DNA of 64,000 nucleotides from Antedon mediterranea (GCF_964355755.1 NC_092671.1:17360001-17424000), one strand, 5' to 3'. Counted from the stretch's first letter, positions 1 through 15,171 are shown. Notes: generated by a model from the sequence alone, not told the origin. Numbers and translations: made by a program.

Positions 1-1122
1 AGCACATTTGGCCTGTGGTCTTGATTAGTACAGAATGTTTGTCTCTCACAGAAACAAGGTAATTGATGATTTTTACATCTCAACCTCAAGTTTGAAACAT
101 CTAGAATGTCATGTCACTGCATAAAGTAGTTGAGAAACAGAAAAATCCTCATTTTTTTCAACTGTACACGAGTCCTATCTATCATTTTTCGCTTACACAA
201 ACAAGCTACAAAGAAACATTTCACAGTTTTAATCACGTTTCAAAACAAAACAATTAAGCGGTTGGGTATTCATTCATAGCATAAAACATATACAGTAAAT
301 CAAGAAAAAAATTTAATATTATTGATATTTAAATACTAATCAACAGTCAAGTAAAAATATATTCATGTTTTAAGCTGTCAATCAATATTAAACTTATAAG
401 CATTCGTTTTGTAATATTAATGCATAGAATTCCAAAATATCAAATCCACTAATCTCATGATAAATATGGACGGCAAATAACGTGTTGAAAAAGTTACAAT
501 GTTTCTATGGAGAGAAATTAGATCGGATTTACGATAATTACGGTACTTTACAAGTGGAGATATGGAAGCAGGTGGCGTTTACTGCCGGCCGAGGCACATT
601 AAATCGGACTTACAATTGGTATGAATTTGTAAATGTTTAACAAACAGCTGTTTAGGTTATTTACCAACACTTAACTTTTTATAGTTGTAACACACATGTG
701 TAACAGATGATGATAAAAACAAGTTCAATGTAGTGAATTTGAAAATAACAATCGCTGAAGAAATTAGACAATTATCAAAGCTAAAAAAAAGGTTTAAGTT
801 ACCTTGTACAAACAACAGACACTTCATTCTAAAATCAATAATTATTGCGAGGATCTACTGTTCCAGAGAAGTAGAAATTTGACACCAAAAATATTGATTA
901 TTGAATATTTCCATCTATTCTTTACGAAATGAGTAAAAACATGACCCATATGTTAATTATTAAAGACTAAAGCTGGTTAAACTGTCTTTCATTTGTCATT
1001 AAATTGTCAATCGTGCTTGATACAGAACCTAAGAAACCGCAATTTAACTAGGTTTTTGTAAAATTATCATCGTTTTAAAGCACTGATGTCATCGCATCAT
1101 TAATCTTTGTTCACTGTAGAAT

Positions 1123-1280
1123 GCAACACAAGGTCATATGCGCAACACAAGGTCGTATGCGCAACATACTGTAAAAGGGGTGTACGCACAACGCAATAGC
1201 ATATGCGCAACACAAGGTCGTATGCGCAACATACTGTAAAAGGGGTGTACGCACAACGCAATAGCATATGCGCAACACAC
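1123..1280. repeat. Short tandem repeat, 65-bp period with 19-bp sub-unit
   Basis: atatgcgcaacacaaggtcgtatgcgcaacatactgtaaaaggggtgtacgcacaacgcaatagc recurs at 1136, 1201 and partly at 1266. Confidence 0.9.
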
Positions 1281-1806
1281 AGGTGTATACACAAATCAAG
1301 TGATTTGACCAATGTACAAGCTAGAGTTTGATTACATTGCATCACATGACTTGCATTGTGCTATGTCCATGCATGACGCAACGCAATGACAAGCGATGGA
1401 TTATTTGAACTGTTGCTTGTTATTGGTCAACTCTCTTACATTACATCTACCTCCTTGTGTTGCATCACTAATGGGACCAAGCACTCGGAAAATCTATAGT
1501 AAAACTCCTTCACAAAGAAGGGGTTTACTATACTATAGCCTACTTCTCCAAAGTATTGTCCCTCAGGACTTTTATTATTATTCTCAGGTCAACTTTTCTC
1601 ACTTATTTAAATTTAATTGTTTGAACTTGACTGATGATATAAACAGCCATAAATGTAATCAAAATATTTGAGAACAAGACTAATTACTACTATATCTTTC
1701 ACTATTCAACAATTGTTATACTAATGTAGTTTAAATCTGTCGACACATCTTTTACAAAACATGGCCTCAAAAAAAACAAACAATCTACAAAAGACAAAGT
1801 GAATAC

Positions 1807-1899
1807 CTTTATTCCCTAACACCTGTTCAGCTTCTGAAGTTTCTGTAAAGGTACATTTTTGAAAACTGACTTCACCCATTATGTTCCTGTCGTCTTGTG
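1807..1899 (-). CDS. Possible isolated coding exon of an unidentified neighbouring gene (QDDRNIMGEVSFQKCTFTETSEAEQVLGNK)
   Basis: tctttcacag acceptor, AAG|GTATTC donor, 93 nt open; no homology recognised. Confidence 0.2.
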
Positions 1900-2062
1900 C
1901 TGTGAAAGATCGCTTGTTCGAACCATCATAAAGATTTAAACATAACATTTTTTGTTTTTGAATATTAATTATTAAAATATAATTTAATATTCCACTTGTA
2001 CACTCAAAATCTTCATAAATTATGTGGACATTTTTTTAGTTAAATTTTTTTACTACAAACAA

Positions 2063-2160
2063 TTCTTTCTTTCTTTCTTCAGCCCATATCATCCCACTTC
2101 TGGGCAAAGGCCTCTCCCAACTGATGCCAGTTGTTCCTATCTTTTGCAAATCTTGGCCAT
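2063..2160 (-). mobile_element. RTE-clade LINE 3' end fragment
   Basis: Minus strand reads WPRFAKDRNNWHQLGEAFAQKWDDMG* followed by a (GAAA)n tail; A.DR..W..LGEA is a typical RTE ORF C-terminus. Confidence 0.65.
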
Positions 2161-3001
2161 GCTTTAAGTAGGACTTATTTCTTTAATATTTCATATCTTC
2201 AATAAATAGTTAAAATAGAAACATTTTTTTCGTAAAATCTGTTGGTAGACTTTGATATTGATCTACCTTGTCAATCACAATCTGAAATGCTTTTTAGAAA
2301 TCCATGCGAACAAATCTATCTTTCGCAATTATCAAAATGAAACATCAAAACTGTAGAAAACATAAAAATAAAATTGCAGCGTCATACTATCTTTCTGTAG
2401 ACTTACGCTTTATGTCCTATTTTGTAATATGAAAAAAAAATGTGTGCAATTCATGCATTATTGATAAGTCTATGGTATCTTTAGAATTGTATGAACCATA
2501 TGCTTGTTTAAAAGTCAGTTTTATGTTTATTTGAAATTCCAATTTTATTTAGCAGGAATACCTATTCAATATTAGATTTTAAATTAAAAAGTTGTTTGAT
2601 AGATTTTTCATTAGTTGACAATATAGTGAAAAGTAATTTGTTTTTGACAAGTTATTTCAAATGTAATAAAAAAAATGTAAGAAATTAGAAATTGCATCAG
2701 TATTTTTAGAATTTACCATCTACTTTAAATTTATACTGAAAACATTAATATATTGTTATAGCCTATATACTTATTTTTAAATCAAATTTTAGGATTGGTG
2801 GTAATAGAGACACGTCAATTTTCATTAAGTGTACAACACAATACCTTAAAATAGTACGAATATTCCTACCGTACATCAATTACACTTGCTTTTATGAATT
2901 CCAAAAATAGTATAGCACAATATAATATAGGCCTACAGTAGCATAGAATAGAATCAGAAATTTGTGCCATGTTTCAAGAAAGCTGCAGCAACCACAGGTA
3001 A

Positions 3002-3287
3002 AGCCTGTTTTCCAGTCGACGTTGTGCCACGTTAAGTTTTCAATAAATAACGATAATCGAGCCGGACAGGTATTATTTGCACATTTTAATGTATGTATTT
3101 TTTCCATAACTACTGTATGACATAATTTGTGAATCATTTGATTGGTCGGTTTTAATGATCATTATCGTTGCGATTCAACTTCAACGATTGCAGATTTTAA
3201 CATTGTTTACGTTGTTTTAGCCCCTTTTCCTGTAATATTGTTGAAAACGCAATTCAATGTGACTCAACATCAACTGGAAAACAGGCT
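3002..3287. mobile_element. PIF/Harbinger-type MITE
   Basis: TIRs agcctgttttccagt(c/t)ga(c/t)gttg, TAA target-site duplication on both sides. Confidence 0.8.
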
Positions 3288-6200
3288 TAACACACCAACA
3301 AATACTTCGAGTAAGAGATATATCATGCCGTTTCTTTAGTTAAGAATTTAAAAGTAGAAATCTGGAAATTTAATCAATTTTAACCAAGCAGCAGTAAAGT
3401 ATGTATTGATTAGATCAATCACATTTATACTGGTCTCATCATCAAACCCATACACATTGATCACATTCTTATTATCTCATATTAATGCATTTATAGCAAA
3501 GCACTACTATTGCTAAACCTTCATAGGCAAAACATTTCCTGTAGTTTTTTATTATCTCAAGAAATATCCTTGATGCCTGGAGGTGCATTTACAAAACATT
3601 TCAAGCTATAAAAACAAATTACACTTGAATTGTTGTGAATTAAGCATAAAATAAACATGTAAGTTGGTACAATTAGTTGTTCCATACAATCCCATTACCA
3701 GTTCTTTATATCTCATACATGTTTTCAATATTCATATCAAGACTTTCACCCCTCTGCAACCAATGAGGAATGATCATGTTATGACACCTCGAACTTATCA
3801 ACGTCCTGGGGGTGACCCTATGAAACATCACCCAATGGGGTCTTGAGGGAAAGTCAAGTGAACAATGATGCTGAAGTCAATCAATGCTCTTCAGTATTTT
3901 TACACATGAAATGCCTTTCTTACCAAAACATAACCCATGGGATATACTTTATTACAAAGATATCACACTCTCAGTTTGATTGTATAGAAAATCATTAATT
4001 GACGACATACAATAGATACATCTATTTGTTGGCAAGGTTTTCATGAATACAATATACATAATATAAATATTTGATAATAGAACTTTAAATTTGATCACTT
4101 TAAGTCATAAAAAGACATATTGTCTTTTAAAGATTGACTCAATAAAATTACCATATAAATTCAAATCATCTTCATTCTGATGCATCGTACTGCATTAGGT
4201 TAAAAGGAGGTTCAAATTTGGCAAGAAAAAACGCTAAAAACAGCAAAAACTTTCCCGACCTATTGTACCAATCAGTAATATATTAATTCTATTTACAAAC
4301 TGTTAATTTAGATTCTCCAAAATGAACAATTTATTTTAACATTTCATTTTTTTAAATAGAAAATGTGTCATTTTCATGTTTTAATTTAATTCAAATATTT
4401 TGACATACAGTATGGTGAATTTCAGTTGGAAGATCTTCACTGTCATTTACACATCTTTTTAAATATCATGTGTCACGTAAAGTTTACAGCCATGATCAAA
4501 TCTCATGACAGTTTACAACTCCCTCAACATTTTGGACATTTCCACATTGCGTTCATCCATCACAAGATGTCGCATCAAATTAGAAAGAATCAAACTTGTA
4601 TTTCATATCGTTTACAAGTAAAATTAGAAGCGAGTCGTGTATTTGATACATGTCCAGTTCATTGTCTATTATTCATTAAATTACATAATTAATTGGCGCA
4701 CAGTAACAAATTCTCATGTCTACTGGCGGATGTAAATCAGAATAGAAAGATCATTTTCAAATTGTAGTAAAACAATAAATTTAATAGTTACAAAAGTGTA
4801 AAGTATCACTTAAGTAAAAAATAATACGACGACAGTTAATCATTTGGAATGTTCACTTTCTGAAGTTTAGTAGAAATTACAGATTATTGTATGTAATTCT
4901 TTGTTAATTAAATCGAACAGTTGACAACAATTTATGACCACCATTAATTTAACTGTAGGTATATGATCTTTGACTGCTACAGTACAGTAGAGTACAATAA
5001 CTTCCATTTTTCAAATTTATTAGTCAATCAAGAAAAAAATATGTCAGAAAATGGTTTAAAAGTATAAGACAGAGTTGGTAATTGCAATTTAAATTGGTAT
5101 AAAAATGTGTTCCTTATTCACATGATTTAAACCTAGAAACCTAAAAAAGGTAAGTAAGCACTACACTACTGTACAGTAGTACAGTACCACTCTTATGATT
5201 TCAGTTTAAAATAAAACTAATATAATTTGAACACTGTATTTCACTTTACCCTCAAAGTGTTTGCATATGATGATTCATGCTCAACCTTTTCACACTTGTA
5301 CCATTATTTCACATAATAAAATAATTGAGAAGGAAGAATTAAATACAGAATTGAATGCTTTTAAGAATATAATAGATTTATTTCAGTAGAACAAATTAAA
5401 GGGGAACTGTTAAAATATTTATTACTACTGTACAGTACAAAAGACAAAGGATGATAAAGGACGCATTTTCAATTAAAGTAATATGTCTATCGGGAGCATT
5501 TATTTGATTTATTAAGTAATATTAGCTTATCAAGAAACGTTATTGGAAGGTAATAATCAAGCGGCAAACGAACCTGTGTAGATTTAGCATCTACTGATTG
5601 CTCGATTATGTCAAAAGTGCACTGGCATGGCTCAGCAGTACGTCAACATCAAACGGCAGCATTGACGGAGTTCACGCATAATTTAGGCCAACAATTCATT
5701 GATGCACTCATTGTTAATTTTTGTCTCGGCATTAAAAACTTGTTATTACTTGATCTTGTCTGTTCATCCAATACACACATATCCCAATTGACTAGTCCAC
5801 ATAACTCTTGTCACATGTCTTAATTATTATTTGAATGTTTTGGTGTAAATATATTTTAATTAAAATATCGTATTAAAGTCACATTATAGCAGCATTGATA
5901 TCACAAAATGGTGTGAAAAACAAACACTTTTAATTAAGAAATGTTACTTATGTACTTATTTATCTTTTTTCAATTCTTTATCATATTATCTTCATTCTTT
6001 CTTCATATCACTATTGATCAACGGTCAGATGAAAATGGAGTTTCTAAAGGAAATTAATATGAGTCAAGTAGAAATCAGATATGTCTTTATTGATGCTTGG
6101 TTGTACTTGAAAAATCCAATATCGTGGATGTTGAGAGCACTTGTAAAATACTAGGAGAATGTTTTGAAGATTTTATACAGGAGGTTGATATTCAAATAAG

Positions 6201-6706
6201 GTAAATTATCAAATAAAATGTGCTTAATAAAAAGTACTGTCCTGATCAAGTTAGAAGGATAAGTTTGTACTTTAATTAAACTTTATCAGGATGATATTAA
6301 TTATATTACACTTGGAAGACCTGTGAATATGTGTTTAGCATTCTAGTTACCAGGTTACATGCGAGCATGCAGTGTAATTATTATGTTTCGCATTGGGGTT
6401 TGTAAAAGAATATGGAAATGTGACAAGATTTCTGTAATATTACACAGAGTTAGTATCAAGATAATATTGATCTATGATGATGTAAAAAAATATATTAGTA
6501 ATGCAAATTAAAATAAATATTGTAGGCAAATTTGTATATCTACAGTATTACAAAATTCTTTACTTAATCCAAATGCTTAAGGTACAGTAAATACAGTATT
6601 TTGAATTTTATTCTGTTAAAAATAAATGATTTACTATATTTAATTATTTCACATTCAACAGCGGAATGGAATGGATTAAAAATATATAAAACAATGTAAA
6701 CAAAAA

Positions 6707-6870
6707 GAGCTGTAGCTTGGTGGTTAATGTGCTTGCCTTCTAATCCCAAGGTCCGGGGTTCAATCCTGACCTAGTACCAGGGTTGTAACTCACGAATCTT
6801 TCAACTCCACTCCCTAAGCCTCAAATGAGACTTATAAGCATGATAAATTATTAAATAGTTTATCCATCTT
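6707..6870 (+). mobile_element. tRNA-derived SINE, uninterrupted copy
   Basis: A-box tagcttggtgg, B-box ggttcaatcc; body and tail shared with copies at about 22830-23640 (minus) and 32572-33765; related heads at about 34735 and 47290. Confidence 0.75.
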
Positions 6871-8023
6871 CTAATTGGCGAGTTACTCGCTATTGGATAA
6901 GTATATAAAAAAAAACACTAAAGATTGGGTTTGTTTTTTTTTACTAGAATATACTAGCCTCTTACTGTAAATTTGAGCTAGGGCCTATGTTGATTTATGT
7001 GTGCATGTAAAAAGTAAAAGTAATATTCAAATATACATTCTCACATTTGCATAAGTTCTGCAGAGGCATACAAGTACTGTTAATGGGTATTTGTAAAGTA
7101 AGAAATACTAGACAAAGTTTGTGTGAATGCATACAAGCCATCTTAACAGAGAAGGTAAATTTGCATTTGAAATATCACAACTCAATCAAAGAACTCTGTA
7201 GACCTACTACTGTACATACTGTATGTCCTTAACTCACTGTTTGCAATGACATTTAAAAAGTTTCTGCAGTGAGTAAAAAAGTGCACTGATGAAAATGTAT
7301 AGCATTTCATATTGTGCCAATAAAAATAGCATCTGGTAGAAATCATAGCACTACAGGTACTTTAACATAAAGTAAGTTTAAATGCTGACAAATACCAATG
7401 TTCAGATTGTAGAATGCAATATAAAAACATTTTCAAAGATTCAATACCAAACATGATATAATGTAATTTACAATTTAGATTAGTAGAAATTAGAAAGTTA
7501 TCGGCCTGAAAGTTAATTACTGTAGTTAAATATTACCTAGGCTTGAAAAGTGCACGTGCTACCCAGCATAAAATTGATAAGGAGAGTTTATTGCTGGGTA
7601 TATAAGGTTAATAGTAATACATTATATAAGCCTACCAATTTTATGTGGTAGTTGTAGGTAAAATTGATAACAGTTTGCAGCCATAATTGTTTCATGTTAT
7701 ACAGTAGTTCGTGTCATTTCAAGGGTTAAACTCATCATAATATTTCTTTCTACACTCATACCTAATAACTACACATAAACCACAGAATGATTTATAATTC
7801 AACTTCATTTCAGGATTTCATTCTTTTCTTTTACTTTACTATGATAAGAAAAGTCAAGAGTTGAAACATTTGTTAAAAATAAAGTGTCCCCAAATGTACT
7901 AAAAAAATAACTAAATCAATTGAAAAGCCTAAAATGTAAATACTCAAAAAGCAATGTCACAAAGTGGAAACTACTGTACATCAGTCATCGTTTTCCACAA
8001 CATTTCAGGTACAGTATAAAGTA

Positions 8024-8230
8024 ATGTACAGTACATCTATATAAATTGAATTTAAAAAGACTGAACCTATTACTGTAAGGTTTAATGGAAAGTGCAATTC
8101 AACAATACCATTCTACTTTTTTTTATTATAATAATATAGAATGGTATTGTTGAATTGCACTTTCCATTAAACCTTACAGAGTCATAGGTTCAGTCTTTTT
8201 AAATTCAATTTATTTAGATGTACTGTACAT
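8024..8230. repeat. Long near-perfect inverted repeat (hairpin)
   Basis: Arms 8024-8115 and 8137-8230 differ by 2 substitutions and a 2-nt indel; 21-nt AT loop. Confidence 0.95.
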
Positions 8231-9385
8231 ACCTCTTGTTTAGGTTCTCTCTACAAGGCCCCAGTATGTGGGCCAGAAACAGAGTGAACTTCAATTCTCC
8301 CCAAAAATATATATGGAACGCTTCAAGATTTCAACCCATGACCCTGGGATAGACAGGCAGCTTTCCAATCAATAATGTCACTTGGTATTATATTCTATCT
8401 CTTTACTTTTGAGATCAACTGTTGTTATAACAAGACACATAAACATGCGTGACAATTTTTGCCGCTCGCTATAATTATAACATTTGGATTAATACCCAAA
8501 TTGAAAACACTGTTTGGTAATGTTTACTAAGCGTCAATACCAATCAAACAAAAGCATGTAAAGACAATATTTGTTTTTCATGTCAGATAGCACCTGTTAT
8601 TGACAATTTAACTAAACGTTTGTAAATGTTATAGATTATAAACAACAAAATGCCCAGGCCCTGTCCTCTGTGGAAAAGTGCAATGAATAATTACCTCCTA
8701 GTCTAATAGTTAGTCATAGAAAGAGACCAATTGATATAAAATAACTGGTTATTAAATTGGATTCTCAAAGTAGGATTAAATACAAAATAAAGATGTTGGA
8801 TCACACACTATCCAGATACTGTATCTGCAATTTCTACAGATTATATATAAATGACAATTAAACAAATTTGAGGCGTACGTTACTTTATAGCATAATGATA
8901 CATTCTTGCTATTAACATGCATGGTAAAACATTTAACTTTCTGTATGGGTTCAGAAGGCATAGTTTATGTTTACTATAATAACTAGGGTATATGATAAAA
9001 AAACATAAATTCAGTTCATGTTGAATGGTTTGATAATATGCTCAACAATTAACATCAAGTTATAGTTTTTATTATAGACTCTTCGGCTAGCAAGGGTCTA
9101 GAGTTGAAAGTGTAGAGAGACTCTGTGGCTGGTGATTTAAGCTAAAATTTAAATATTTCTTTTTATTTTAGTTTCATCAATTCTCATTATGACTATTTGG
9201 CTATCAATGTAATTATCCTCACACAAAAAACAGTAAAGTTACTAAATGTTATACTGTACATGGTATTACATAGAGTGCGATAAGGGTTAGTTAATTCTAG
9301 GTACTGTACCGTAAGCTGGTTTCATGGGTCTAGTTATCCTACTTTTGGATATGAATGTATGAAACAACTTTACCAGACACTTTAA

Positions 9386-9699
9386 CACGTTCACTGCCAC
9401 GGCGTATTTATACATCAAAAATTGCGTGTGGATACTTGCCAAGACGTAATACTACGTCAAAATCGTAGCACTTTTGTATTGTATGTAGAATCGCTGGCAG
9501 TGGTGATTGGAACAGGAATTATCACATGGCAGTTTATGAATGATGTACGTAAACGATAATCTAAAAATAAATGTCATATGTTTGTTTGTGTTTATTCCCT
9601 CATGCATTGAATATGGCGCCCTCACACTCAATATAATCATCTCAAACGGGACTTGGCACTGGGACAGAAATTACGGAAAATGCCTTGGCAGTCAATGTG
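9386..9699. mobile_element. piggyBac-type MITE
   Basis: TTAA on both flanks; TIRs cacgttcactgcca / cacattgactgcca. Confidence 0.7.
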
Positions 9700-12132
9700 T
9701 TAAAGCACAATATCATTGTCATACTGTATGTGCCAACTTGTGGATTCATAACATACAATTTTCAGATTTTAGAGTACTGTATGATGAAAACTGTATGAAG
9801 AATTTCAAATATATCATGGAGCCTATGGTCCATGTTTAGATGATCACTAAAACCATATTATTTGGCTGGTTTAAAATAGGAAGATTTGTATAAGCTGCTA
9901 AATGTCGCAAAGTGCGACATTGGTGGTTAATACTCAACTAACCCAGAAAACAGGCATGTCTGAAATGTAATAAGTTCAGGATATAATTCTCTTTGGCTAA
10001 GTTTGAATGGCATCAGGTCTGAAGGCATAGTTTCGTCAGCTATGCACTTATTATTAATGTATTCCTTAACTTAAGGTTACATAAAAAATTATGCGCAAAC
10101 AACATTCTTTCAGCAGAGGCAGTAATATGAATATAGCAAGTATTAAAGCAATGGTCAATAAACCAAGAGGAAAATTCTACTGAAGTAAATTGACTGAATC
10201 AAAAATTAATTCTGATCAATAACAATTATCTGAAATGTGTATAAGCACCTGGTGTAAGAAACTATCGACGCTCAACTAATAACAAATAGTACAGTGAATT
10301 CAAGCTTGGATTATAACATTTTCTAACTTTTTCGCATAGCGCCTTCAGTCAGTTATATTCAAGAAGATGGAAGCATTAGTAAACTGTACCATCCGGAAGC
10401 TTATAGAATTACTAAGGCTGAAAAAATGGGAATTTGTAAACTCAGACTGTGTATGCGCAAATCTAAAAGCTTGTCTCGGAGAAGAGAATCTATGAAATGT
10501 ATGCGGACAGTAGTCTGTGTAATGTAAGGCCTGTTCAGTAAAGAATATTTTCTTTTTATATAATTTTTTTTCTTGGCTGTGAACGTACTGTAGTAGGCTA
10601 CAAATCTTTATTTCAGACTATATTTGTGTTTACAAAATGTTACACAATAATTGAAACTGTTGCGTCAAAAAGTTGTTTATAATTATTTTCTGTTTGTTGG
10701 AAAGTGGTATTAATTTCACGGCCTGCTCGGGAATACTGAATTATAATTGCAAAAGAAAACAGTAGCCCTCATTGGGTTATACAAAGAGTATATTGGCCCT
10801 CATTGGGTAATAAAGAAAATTAACTGTTGATAATATTTAATAACCATTAATAAAGTGCACAAGCCAACAAATTGAAAATTGTATAACTACTTTAACTGAT
10901 AAGCTATCAGTATAATTTGTTATACTTATGCAATGCAAAAATCCAAGCATTTACAGATGATCAAGAAACGTCTTAAGTAAAAGGAAACGATTATTTGCTC
11001 GGGGTATAAACTCTCGCGCTAAAGAACCTGTCAATTGAAGCAGAGTATTTATGTACTTCATCTTCACTTAACGATTTTAAAATGTAAATTGAAATCGTAT
11101 CCCATGAGTGTGCAAGCCAGCCAGCTTATTACTTATCAATTTGTTTTTAAATTGAACGAAATGGAATCTAGTGTTTTCCAGTGAAAAATATTTAATCGTT
11201 ATTTTCCACTCTGATAATTAGATATAATTATTTAAGGTAAAATCTGATATGCTGGAATGTTGGTAATACTTTATAGATTTAAATGTTTTATAGTTTTTGC
11301 AAACTATATCGCGACCATTAATATAATTATCCTCTGTAATGAGTTTACATTCATTTTCTTTATTTCTAAAACAAAATATTTTTCTCATGGCAACTAAAAG
11401 ATAACCAGGTTTTAAATATATCAACATCCATATTATTATTATTTGTTTGAACTGTTATATCCCATTATGCCTACATTACGTCATTTCAGTTATATTTTTC
11501 CTCGAGTGCTTTTCAACAGTTCATCTATTCATACCGGTAGTTACAATGTTTGTACACAATAAATGTTTCTTTCTCAGATCACTTTCACAGGTGCTTTCTA
11601 TATTTTTATAATAAAGCCTGAAGCAATACAAGTTTATTTAACACTTAATGCCTTCACTGATCAAAGTTATGGTATTGGTTACAATAGATAAATACAATAG
11701 AGGTTTTGACGCAGGTAGTTACAGTATTGTTACTACAGTTTCCGTCAAAAATATTTGTTGATGGCGGGCAAAGAAGTGGAAAAAGTCTGTTACACAGTAC
11801 AGAAGATTATTGATTGTATGTTTGCAGTTAGAAATTACAAAAGAAACCGTTCTTGGGTGTATTTAGGTTGACTGCTGGATTAAACTCTACCACAATACTA
11901 TTGTAGCCATGAAGTGTGACTAGAACAATAGAAATTGTTTAGAGGGTTTTAGATCACTCTGCCTGTATCTTTAATAGGATTTTGTGTGAAAGGGAATTAA
12001 GATGGCAGAATTTATAAAATCTTTGAAGGATAAATAAAGTTATTGATTAATAGATAACAGTTTTTGTTAATGAATGCATTTAAATACGAGATTAGACAGA
12101 GAGAGAAAAAATAAAGTACCGTATGCACATGT

Positions 12133-12205
12133 ATGTGACAATGTTCATCTATTATTGAGAATGATATTAATGTGACAATGTTCATCTATTATTGAGAATG
12201 ATATA
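12133..12205. repeat. Small tandem duplication (about 37-bp period, 2 copies)
   Basis: atgtgacaatgttcatctattattgagaatgatat occurs twice. Confidence 0.85.
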
Positions 12206-15171
12206 TACTGTATTTTGAAATACTTACATATTATACCTACAGATACTAAATGTAATTACCATATACTATAATACCACTATCCGACAGGGGTGTGATATTT
12301 TAATGTACAGTATATTCAGGGGGTTGTAATTCAACTCCCTGGTATATTGAAGTTCTTTTTGTAATGTATGCCTCTCCTTGAAGAGAGAGGCTATTGCTGG
12401 TTTATCCTGGTAAGCTAGGCACGAGAGAGACTATAAACATACTGAAGCTCACTGGAAACCGAGGAAATTTGGTTTAGCTCCTCTACGGACTTATGTCAGC
12501 CAGCATACAATCACTTACTCTTTTAGGATAGTGATACCAAGTTCTTTAGCATGGGACCAACAGCTTTACATATTATCCAAAGGACAAGAGGAAACCTATA
12601 TTCGTTTTTGTTAATGACAAATCTGACATCTGAATCTGGGAAAATGTACTGGTTTTATGAACAATAGGCAGACAAACTGTCATTGGTAATTGTATTCCAT
12701 AACAAACAATACGTTGGATTAAAACAGTTAATCCTACAACAGAAATTGATTCTCATTCACTATATCTGCAAATGTATTGTACTAATATCACTATATCTAT
12801 TAGGTTAGGAAGTAAGCTTATTACAAAGTTAATTTAGGTTTTTACTGGTGGTAAGAACTGTCAGGACCGGTAGTGGTTGGAAAGCAGGAAACCATACTGT
12901 AACTTGTTACTACCTGTGAGTGTATGTAACTTTGTAATAACATAACTGTTTTTTTAAATAAAATTATATTAATAACTGCCTAATATTACTGTAATAATCA
13001 ACTCTTAATATTATGACACCACAATTATACACATGGTATGCCTATAGTACTACAAAATAGGATAAGACCTTACTTTACATTGTAATATCATACTTGTATC
13101 CTATAAATATGTTTATAAAATGACTATCTAATATACTGTACATCATTGACATTTGCTAAGGGTGCACAAACCTGGCGCCTAATATCACTCATCAGTTTCT
13201 ATGGGAGTTTTTCAATATTTAAGTTCATACATCTTAACAAAGAAGCAAAATGTATTGTACTGTAGACATCAATAAAACTTATATTCAATCAATACCAATA
13301 AACTAATAAATTATTATTTATCATATTTTTCTAAATATTATCAAGGTCATTCTTGAACGACCTAGACAGTGAAACATAAATTGAAGGAAATAAATCATCA
13401 AAATGAGCGCCAATATGTATACATGTGTCCTTGAATACAAATTATACTTACTCTATGAAGCTGAGGGCCCTTATGTGAATTTGTACATAATTGGCCATAA
13501 ATGGATACCTCACTGTAGCATACTTAAACTACTCATTACAAACAATACAAAAATATAAAGATTATGATCCGAATCATTAGGTAGGCACTATAATCATTAT
13601 TAGAAAATCATTAATAGTTTATTTTACACAAAAATCATGAGATTTCCTAATGAAACTGCCAAATTGTAGCCTTTCCAATTTTCAAAAATCAATTTTATGA
13701 ATATTATTACAGTAAAACTGAAATGATATGAAATTCAGTATATATATTTAATATGAAGAAACAAGCAATAAAGCAGGGGAAACCATTCCATTGGGAGAAT
13801 GCAGAGACATTTTATTCCACAGTTTGTTTTCCCTATGGATGATGATAATACATTTTTCATTATTTTACTATCTATAAATTATTTAATTGTAAGATGTGAT
13901 ATAAATGAATAAATGGAACCTGTCAATAATCTAAAATAATAAATACTATAGAAGACCAAAAGGATTCAGTGATCAAATAAATGTTTTACAAACTTTTTAC
14001 CTTTTCTTAGCACTTTTACACTATTGCTTTTTGTAAATAAAAGTTAATTTTACAATTTGTCATTATTTTATTAATTTTTTAATCCAATGATCAAATTGAT
14101 GTTCTACAAACTTTTTTTTCATTACATTTAGTACTTTACCCACATTTCTAATTTACTAATTTTTCTAAATAAAAATACATTTTATTGATGATAGGGCGGA
14201 AATTTTAAATGAAAAACTATATACTAAAGAGAAATTATTATTTATTATTAAAATATTATTTAAGTAGTAGGTTTTTGCTCAAATAAATAGGCTACTGGTA
14301 AGTATGGCTTTAGCACTAGCAAGTTAAATGAGGCGTAAGTTTGTCAACTTTGCCTGGGGATAAATTAACCGGCGACCACCACTTACCAGCCTAAAAATGG
14401 AGTTTAATAAAACAATTCAACAAGTTTACTTACGAATCGTCGTATGCAAATTCGGCGTCCAACGTGTTTAGGTACACTAAAACTGCAACAGTACTACATA
14501 TAATTAAGTCAATCATCTTCAATTATAGAAATTGTTAAGTTCCTCCATCGAAATTTGAGCTCGGCAGGCCTACAGATAGCTCTACATGAGGTTACTAAAC
14601 ATCGTCTGCCGTTTACAAGTGGAGCGTGTTATGTACTAAAAACACACAAGACAAGTGTAAACAATAGATTTAAGTCAGTGGAGCGTGAAGCACGAGGCAG
14701 ATCTGATGAGCAAGACCTTAAATTTATAGAGGGCGCTAATTAAAGCAATCCAATATATGATAGTTCAAGAAATACAGTATATTATATTATACTACATTTC
14801 ATAAAATTAAAATATATATTGAGTATAAAATGTTTTAGACTTTACAGTGTTTTCAAGTAGGTATAGTAGGTAACAATTCCACCAAAAGTGAATAGAATTT
14901 TAGTCTCGTTTTTCCCAAATTGTAATTCCGAAATTAAACTTTTAAACTTTTATTTGTTTCTAAAATATTTCCACACCACATAACCTTTTAGATAACAACA
15001 TACACGCATATATAAAGATTAATTTTAGATTAGGCCTATTTAAAAATACCTATCCTTCTGGGTAAGTCATTGTAGGGTGAGGCTTTATTTTGAAAGGTCG
15101 GCATATCAATGATCATAAAGAACCCGACTATAAGCGGCGGTATGTTTCTAAAATAAAGCCTCATTTCCCAT

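Noticed and set aside
1100-1345. Cys-rich repetitive ORFs
   Set aside because: They are translations of the 65-bp tandem repeat.
3760-3876. C/D-box snoRNA
   Set aside because: Only imperfect box C matches, no terminal stem, and no recognisable rRNA guide.
6707-6780. tRNA genes (also at about 34735, 38505 and 53709)
   Set aside because: A/B boxes are present but there is no complete cloverleaf or acceptor stem, and they continue into SINE bodies.
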